Origin: Candidatus Poribacteria bacterium
Lineage (GTDB): Bacteria; Poribacteria; WGA-4E; WGA-3G
Reading direction: 5' to 3'
Assembly: GCA_965198235.1 (NCBI GenBank)
Contig: OZ240248.1
Coordinates: 2,336,001-2,400,000, forward strand
DNA: 64,000 nt
The notes under the pieces were generated by a model. It was not told the DNA's origin. It made no database searches and saw nothing but the letters and a program-made list of their open reading frames with translations. This document shows positions 58,508 through 64,000 of the stretch, in pieces (the first letter of the stretch is position 1; the number at the start of each line of letters is the position of its first letter). Both the position numbers and the translations under genes were made by a program.

Positions 58508-58756
58508 ATGAATCACCACAAGGAGATTATTACCGTTGAACCGGACAAACGCAGCGGACAGCCGTGTATTCGGGGAATGCGGATCACTGTTTACGATATT
58601 TTTGGATATCTGGCATCCGGTATGACAGTCGCGGAAGTCCTTGATGATTTCCCCGAACTAACCGAGATGGACATTCGTGCCTGTTTTGCGTATGCCGCAG
58701 ACAAAGAAAAATCGCAGATGGTTGACAACGAAATCGCAGATGGTTGTTTACTATAA
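58508..58756 (+). CDS. DUF433 antitoxin-like protein
   Basis: GQPCIRGMRITVYDI..LASGM...L.DFPEL...DI.AC..YAA; TTGACA-17-CATACT upstream. Confidence 0.9.
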   Translation: MNHHKEIITVEPDKRSGQPCIRGMRITVYDIFGYLASGMTVAEVLDDFPELTEMDIRACFAYAADKEKSQMVDNEIADGCLL

Positions 58757-58768
58757 GGGGACCGCACA

Positions 58769-60121
58769 ATGCGAACAACTCTTAAAGCAGCAAGCGCGAG
58801 CGCGAATATCACGCCACCCCTCGGCACAAGAATACCGGGCGGTTTCCGACCGAGATACGCTGAAAATGTTGACGATGAACTTTTTGCCAAAGCAGTCGTC
58901 ATTGATAACGGCACAACGCGTATCGCAATCGTTACTTGCGATCTCATCGCTATACCGGAGAAAGTAGCCGATGTAGCCAAAGCGCGTATCGCCGATAGAT
59001 GCGATATCCCCGCAGCACATGTCATGGTGAACGCTACGCATACACATACCGCCGTCGCAATCGCCGATCTGCTCGGTGTTGATGAGGATCCGGGTTATAC
59101 AGAATGGGTGCCTCTGAAAATTGCCGATGCGGTTGAACTCGCGGTGTGGCGACTCAAGCCAGCACGGGTAGGATTCGCCAGCGTTAATGAAGAACGCATC
59201 ACCTTCAATCGCCGATGGCACATGAAAGATGGTACTGTCCGTTTTAACCCCGGTATCGAAAACCCGGATCTTGTGGAACCGACCGGTACAATTGATCCAG
59301 AGTTGGCGATGATGTTCGTTGAGGCTACCGATGATGGGACTCCGATCTCCGCGGTTGCTAACTTTTCGCTCCATTACATCGGCACGAACAACGTCAATGC
59401 ACTCTCCGCAGACTATTTTGGGCACTTCGATCAGCTCATGAAGCGTTATCTGGGCGATACGTGCATCTCGCTCCTCTGGAACGCCGCATCGGGACAGATT
59501 AACAATACTGACTTCAGTGGACGGACGAAATGGACAGCGAGTGGACATCAACAGGCAGTGAAAATGGCGAACGTTCTCGCGGGGCATTTTATTGTTGAGA
59601 AGCAACTCATGGAGATGCACGAGACACTCGACCTCAGCGGAGACCTTGCCACGCTGACGTTCCAACGCAAACGGATTACCGATGAAGATCTTAAAGTTGC
59701 TGAACAGGTGCTGTCTGTGCCACAAGGAACGGACCATGCCTACGAAACGGGTCCGTTTAGTTGGGTCGTCGGGCAACCGATACCGCATGCACTGGTCGAT
59801 GTCTACGCACTTGAATGCCAGCGATTGGCGCAGTTACCGGCGCAGATGACCGCTCCTATTCAGGTAATCCGTCTTGGTGAAGCGGCGATTGTAGCATTGC
59901 CCGGAGAGGTGTTCGTTGAGACGGGGATGAATATCAAATCGAAATCTGATGCGAATCCAACGTTTCTCGTCAGTTTAGCGAATGGGTATATCGGCTACAT
60001 CTGCACGGACAAGGCATTGACGCAAGAGGGCGGATACGAGACATGGGCAGCGAAGTCCTCATTACCGGCTGTTGGGACAGCACCCACGATGGAGGCACTC
60101 GTCGCCTCAATGTTGGGTTAA
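58769..60121 (+). CDS. neutral/alkaline ceramidase-like hydrolase
   Basis: ITPP, ATHTHT, NRR, NFSLH, LPGEVF, LANGYIGY, GGYE. Confidence 0.75.
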   Translation: MRTTLKAASASANITPPLGTRIPGGFRPRYAENVDDELFAKAVVIDNGTTRIAIVTCDLIAIPEKVADVAKARIADRCDIPAAHVMVNATHTHTAVAIADLLGVDEDPGYTEWVPLKIADAVELAVWRLKPARVGFASVNEERITFNRRWHMKDGTVRFNPGIENPDLVEPTGTIDPELAMMFVEATDDGTPISAVANFSLHYIGTNNVNALSADYFGHFDQLMKRYLGDTCISLLWNAASGQINNTDFSGRTKWTASGHQQAVKMANVLAGHFIVEKQLMEMHETLDLSGDLATLTFQRKRITDEDLKVAEQVLSVPQGTDHAYETGPFSWVVGQPIPHALVDVYALECQRLAQLPAQMTAPIQVIRLGEAAIVALPGEVFVETGMNIKSKSDANPTFLVSLANGYIGYICTDKALTQEGGYETWAAKSSLPAVGTAPTMEALVASMLG

Positions 60122-60129
60122 AAAAATAT

Positions 60130-60154
60130 AGAGGCGGGTGTAGGACCCGCCTCT
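60130..60154. terminator. hairpin between convergent genes
   Basis: AGAGGCGGGT...ACCCGCCTCT 10-bp stem. Confidence 0.55.
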
Positions 60155-60176
60155 GGGGAAAAAATAGAATAGAAAG

Positions 60177-60545
<369 letters not shown>

Positions 60546-60674
60546 TTATATGGCAGCGTTGCCTTTCAATCAGGGCTTGCGATCTGTGCCCTCAAGGTTT
60601 ACAAATACAAGTACGGTGGGCGGATGTGGCAATCCGCCCTATAGAGTAATCTTTCAAAACCTCGTTCACGCGAT

Positions 60675-62090
60675 CTAAATATCGTGATAGAGGAAGAATT
60701 CGTACGGATGCGGTCGCATGTTGATTGCATCGACCTCATTTTCGCGTTTGTAATCAATCCAAACATCCAAGACGTCTTGGGTGAACACGTCGCCCTTGAG
60801 GAGATATTCGTGGTCTTCCTCTAAGGCATCCAAGGAATCGCCGAGGGACACTGGCGTGGACTCGATGTCCGCGAGTTCTTCCGGCTCAAGGTCATAGAGG
60901 TCTTTGTCCAGGGGTTCACCCGGATGGATGCGGTTCTGTATGCCGTCAAGTCCTGCCATGAGCAGTGCGCTGAAGGCGAGGTAAGGATTACAGGACGGAT
61001 CTGGTGGGCGGAATTCGATCCGTTTCGACTTCTCGCTCTTTGAGTAGACGGGAATACGGACACATGCGCTACGGTTCCGTTGTGAGTAGGCGATGTTCAC
61101 GGGTGCTTCATACCCTGGGACCAACCGCTTGTAGGAGTTGGTTGTTGGGGCGATGATTGCACAGAGCGAGCTGGCATGCGTGAGCAAGCCACCGATGTAA
61201 TAGAGTGCATCCTCACTGAGAAGCGAATATCCCTGTGGATCGTAGAAGACGTTCTTTCCATTTTTCCAGAGACTTTGGTGGACGTGCATCCCGGAGCCGT
61301 TGTCTTGGAAGAGCGGTTTCGGCATGAAAGTAGCGACGAGATTGTTTTCGCGCGCTATGTTTTTGATGATGTACTTATACAACGCAATCTTATCGCCTGT
61401 AGTGGTTAACTCACCAAAACGGATATCGATTTCGCCTTGACCCGCAGTTCCCACTTCATGATGGTGAACTTCCACATCAACACCGGCTTCGATGAGCTTG
61501 AGACAGATCTCGGAACGGAGGTCTTGAAGTGTGTCGGAAGGGGGTACCGGGAAGTAACCTTCTTTGTAGCGCGGTTTATACCCAAGGTTTGGGTTCTCTT
61601 CGCGACCTGAATTCCAACTTCCCTCAACAGAATCGACAGAATAGAAACCGGAATGCTGGTTCTGTCCGTAGCGGATGTCGTTCAAGATATAGAATTCTGC
61701 CTCAGGCCCCCAGTAGCTCGTATCCGCGATTCCAGTGGATTGGAGATACGCCTCTGCTTTCTGTGCGATATGCCGTACATCACGCGTGTAATTCTCCAAC
61801 GTGATCGGGTCTTTGATGTTACACGTAATACTTAACGTCGGCACCTTGCAGACCGGGTCGATAATGGCAGTCGTTGGATCTGGGAAGAGCAACATATCGC
61901 TCTCGTTAATTGCCTGGAAACCACGGATACTCGAACCGTCAAAACCGCAACCTTCTTCAAACAGGTCTTCGGTCAACTCGCCTGCCATCATGGAAAAGTG
62001 TTGCCACATCCCCGGCAGATCCGTGAATTTCAAGTCGACTATCTTTATATCATTGTCTTTTGCAAATGCAACCACCTCACTTGGTGTCAT
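60675..62090 (-). CDS. glnA: glutamine synthetase type I
   Basis: [37 protein letters not shown], adenylylation loop DLYDL. Confidence 0.98.
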   Translation of the reverse strand: MTPSEVVAFAKDNDIKIVDLKFTDLPGMWQHFSMMAGELTEDLFEEGCGFDGSSIRGFQAINESDMLLFPDPTTAIIDPVCKVPTLSITCNIKDPITLENYTRDVRHIAQKAEAYLQSTGIADTSYWGPEAEFYILNDIRYGQNQHSGFYSVDSVEGSWNSGREENPNLGYKPRYKEGYFPVPPSDTLQDLRSEICLKLIEAGVDVEVHHHEVGTAGQGEIDIRFGELTTTGDKIALYKYIIKNIARENNLVATFMPKPLFQDNGSGMHVHQSLWKNGKNVFYDPQGYSLLSEDALYYIGGLLTHASSLCAIIAPTTNSYKRLVPGYEAPVNIAYSQRNRSACVRIPVYSKSEKSKRIEFRPPDPSCNPYLAFSALLMAGLDGIQNRIHPGEPLDKDLYDLEPEELADIESTPVSLGDSLDALEEDHEYLLKGDVFTQDVLDVWIDYKRENEVDAINMRPHPYEFFLYHDI

Positions 62091-62318
62091 TACATACCTC
62101 CTAATTTCAGCTAACTTGTAAGCCGAAATTTTCTATCAAAACTCAAAACTTCCTCGATCCAGGGACCGAGACTATAATCTGATAAAACGGTGTAGGGAAA
62201 ACGCGGCACGAAAGCCTGGTCGTCCTAAAACCCGTTTCGATAACTCAGAAAAATATCCTAACTTCGTCAACTGAACGTGCAACTCATACCACTTGACGAG
62301 TGTCTTACTGATTGGTTA

Positions 62319-62335
62319 AGCAAAATTTATGCCAA
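62319..62335 (-). promoter_or_regulatory. sigma54 (-24/-12) promoter of glnA-glnB
   Basis: TTGGCATAAATTTTGCT, exact GG-N10-GC; candidate activator site TGCTAAATTATTAGGCA at 62489-62505. Confidence 0.75.
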
Positions 62336-62583
62336 TCAACTGTGATTGGGCATGGGACAGCATTTGTTGACGAAAATAGGTTAATTCTCGTGTGAAATCA
62401 CGAGACACAGGGGCAAAGCGAGAGAGGCAGCGTGAATGAGTTGCTGCCACGATTTTTTGTTCACGCCTAATAAAACATTCCAAGATATTGCTAAATTATT
62501 AGGCATGGCATTGCCCGTTTTTTGCGCGCAGCGTCTTAACCTAAAGATCGCTCCTACCAAGAATCGCGACCGTGGAGTCGCTC

Positions 62584-63162
62584 CTACGAGAATTCAACAT
62601 CTTTGGCAAAACGGCTCGTCTCTGGACTGTCTTGTCCCGCATATTTGTTCGCAGGTTTGAGTTGATACGGCACCTGGGCACTTGAAGAAAGCTGCGCAAA
62701 AGTGAACGCACAAATCCGCATACCGGGGTACAACTTGACTGGCATACGACCGAGATTCCCCAACTCCAAGGTAGGAATGCCAATCCAACCCGGGTCAAAG
62801 AGCCCTGCGGTGCTATGAACAATAATGCCGAGCCTTCCCAAACTGCTTCTGCCTTCAAGCCGTGCCAGCACATCGTCTGCTAATTCAAGCGTCTCTTGCG
62901 TTGCTGCCAAGACAAACTCACCCGGTTGCATCGTGAAGGCATCCCCATCAGGGACATCAACCCTCCGCATCAGGTCATTGATATCAATCTCTGCACGCAG
63001 ATCGATGTACGGGTATTTGCTATGCTCAAACACACGGAAGGTGTTGCTCAATCTGAAGTCGATAGAGCAACTACCGAGTTGTGTTTCCAAGTCGGGTTTG
63101 GGGGAGATTTTGATTTTCCCCTTTTTCATATACTTAATGATATCTTTATCCGATAAAAACAT
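62584..63162 (-). CDS. dcd: dCTP deaminase
   Basis: LSDKDI, SIDFRL, GRSSLGRLG, TAG.FDPG, TLEL, KYAGQ; start at MFLSD. Confidence 0.93.
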   Translation of the reverse strand: MFLSDKDIIKYMKKGKIKISPKPDLETQLGSCSIDFRLSNTFRVFEHSKYPYIDLRAEIDINDLMRRVDVPDGDAFTMQPGEFVLAATQETLELADDVLARLEGRSSLGRLGIIVHSTAGLFDPGWIGIPTLELGNLGRMPVKLYPGMRICAFTFAQLSSSAQVPYQLKPANKYAGQDSPETSRFAKDVEFS

Positions 63163-63258
63163 TGTTTTAACTATCTGCATCGCTATGATCTAACCGATGG
63201 TCAGGTCATCGGTCTTCGATTAGACTCACGTTTCTATTGAGACGACTTCCCAGTTCCA

Positions 63259-64000
63259 TTACTGCTCAGGCAAAAAATCCTCTGGGGAGATACCACGATA
63301 GGCGTAGTCTAAGAGATTGACAGGATGCATTGCTTTCATGGATAATCCGTGTTTTTGGATGCCCATTTGAATCTGAAGCAAGCAACCGGGATTTCCTGTC
63401 GCGACGATGTCGGCATCGGTTTCGGCGATGTGCGTCATCTTCCGTTCCAAAATTTCCTGTGACAGTTCCGGTTGTGTGATATTGTAGATTCCCGCACTCC
63501 CGCAACACCACTCGGATTCGGTTAATTCAATCAACTCCAACCCCGGTATCGCTTGGAGGACCTTGCGAGGTTGTGCCTGCACGCTTTGCCCGTGAAGGAG
63601 ATGGCAAGGTTCATCGTAAGTAACGCGTCTTTCAATTTTTCCTCTCGGCGCGACCATCTCTATCTCAGCTAAGAATTCGCTGATGTCTCGCATCTTATGG
63701 CTAAAGCCTTCTGCTTTCTCGGCGTAAACGGTATCGTGTTCTAAAAGTGCTTCGTATTCTTTGAGCGTCGCACCACAACCGGCGGAGTTGATGATGATCG
63801 CGTCTAAGTTCTCTTCCTCAAATGCATCAATGTTCTGCTTAGCAAGAGATGAAGCGACATCTCGCACGCCGTTGTGAAGATGTAATGCACCGCAACAGGT
63901 TTGCTGGCGTGGGGTGACAACCTCACAGCCATTCTGTGCTAATACCCGAATGGTTGCGACGTTCGTCTCTGTGAAGACTTGGTTCATGATGCACCCCGGT
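63259..64000 (-). CDS. GlcF-like Fe-S oxidoreductase (CCG domains), 5' end outside the window
   Basis: TCCGALH, AGCG, PCHL.HGQ, CCGSAGIYN, NPGCLLQ. Confidence 0.88.
   Translation of the reverse strand, partial: PGCIMNQVFTETNVATIRVLAQNGCEVVTPRQQTCCGALHLHNGVRDVASSLAKQNIDAFEEENLDAIIINSAGCGATLKEYEALLEHDTVYAEKAEGFSHKMRDISEFLAEIEMVAPRGKIERRVTYDEPCHLLHGQSVQAQPRKVLQAIPGLELIELTESEWCCGSAGIYNITQPELSQEILERKMTHIAETDADIVATGNPGCLLQIQMGIQKHGLSMKAMHPVNLLDYAYRGISPEDFLPEQ

Noticed and set aside
58751-59788. 345-aa minus-strand ORF
   Set aside because: Antisense shadow of the ceramidase-like gene with no motifs; the same applies to the many other short antisense ORFs
62180-62290. Glutamine (glnA-motif) riboswitch in the glnA leader
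   Set aside because: Only a partial CGTTCA..GAAGT resemblance; the closing elements could not be found by eye

Overview
Bacterial chromosomal window that is mostly housekeeping and catabolic genes. Housekeeping genes include ssrA, smpB, hflX, tRNA-Leu(CAA), uvrC, trmB, glnD, trpB, era, a double-length uvrA, glnA-glnB and dcd. Catabolic genes include four PhyH-family dioxygenases, three Gfo/Idh/MocA oxidoreductases and a sulfatase-fold hydrolase. The gene-family profile resembles Candidatus Poribacteria (inference only). Defence-type genes are a 1556-aa SMEK-STAND (Avs-like) protein next to a single-chain Type IIG restriction-modification gene, a GmrSD-like gene, a RelE-type toxin-antitoxin pair, Fic and two Uma2 genes. 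The most notable non-obvious feature is a 353-bp non-autonomous IS200/IS605 element (41106-41458). It keeps an OMEGA (IscB/IsrB-type) guide-RNA-like scaffold but has lost almost all of its nuclease gene, and it sits exactly between the ribosome-binding site and the ATG of trpB. Intergenic DNA carries several palindromic repeat and MITE families. Copies lie in-frame inside proteins, supply stop codons, abut start codons, or duplicate a -10 box. Also flagged are a PhyH protein with a halogenase-like HxG motif, a sulfatase-fold protein with Thr at the nucleophile position, and two sigma54 promoters. All family calls come from motif recognition by eye; no searches were run.
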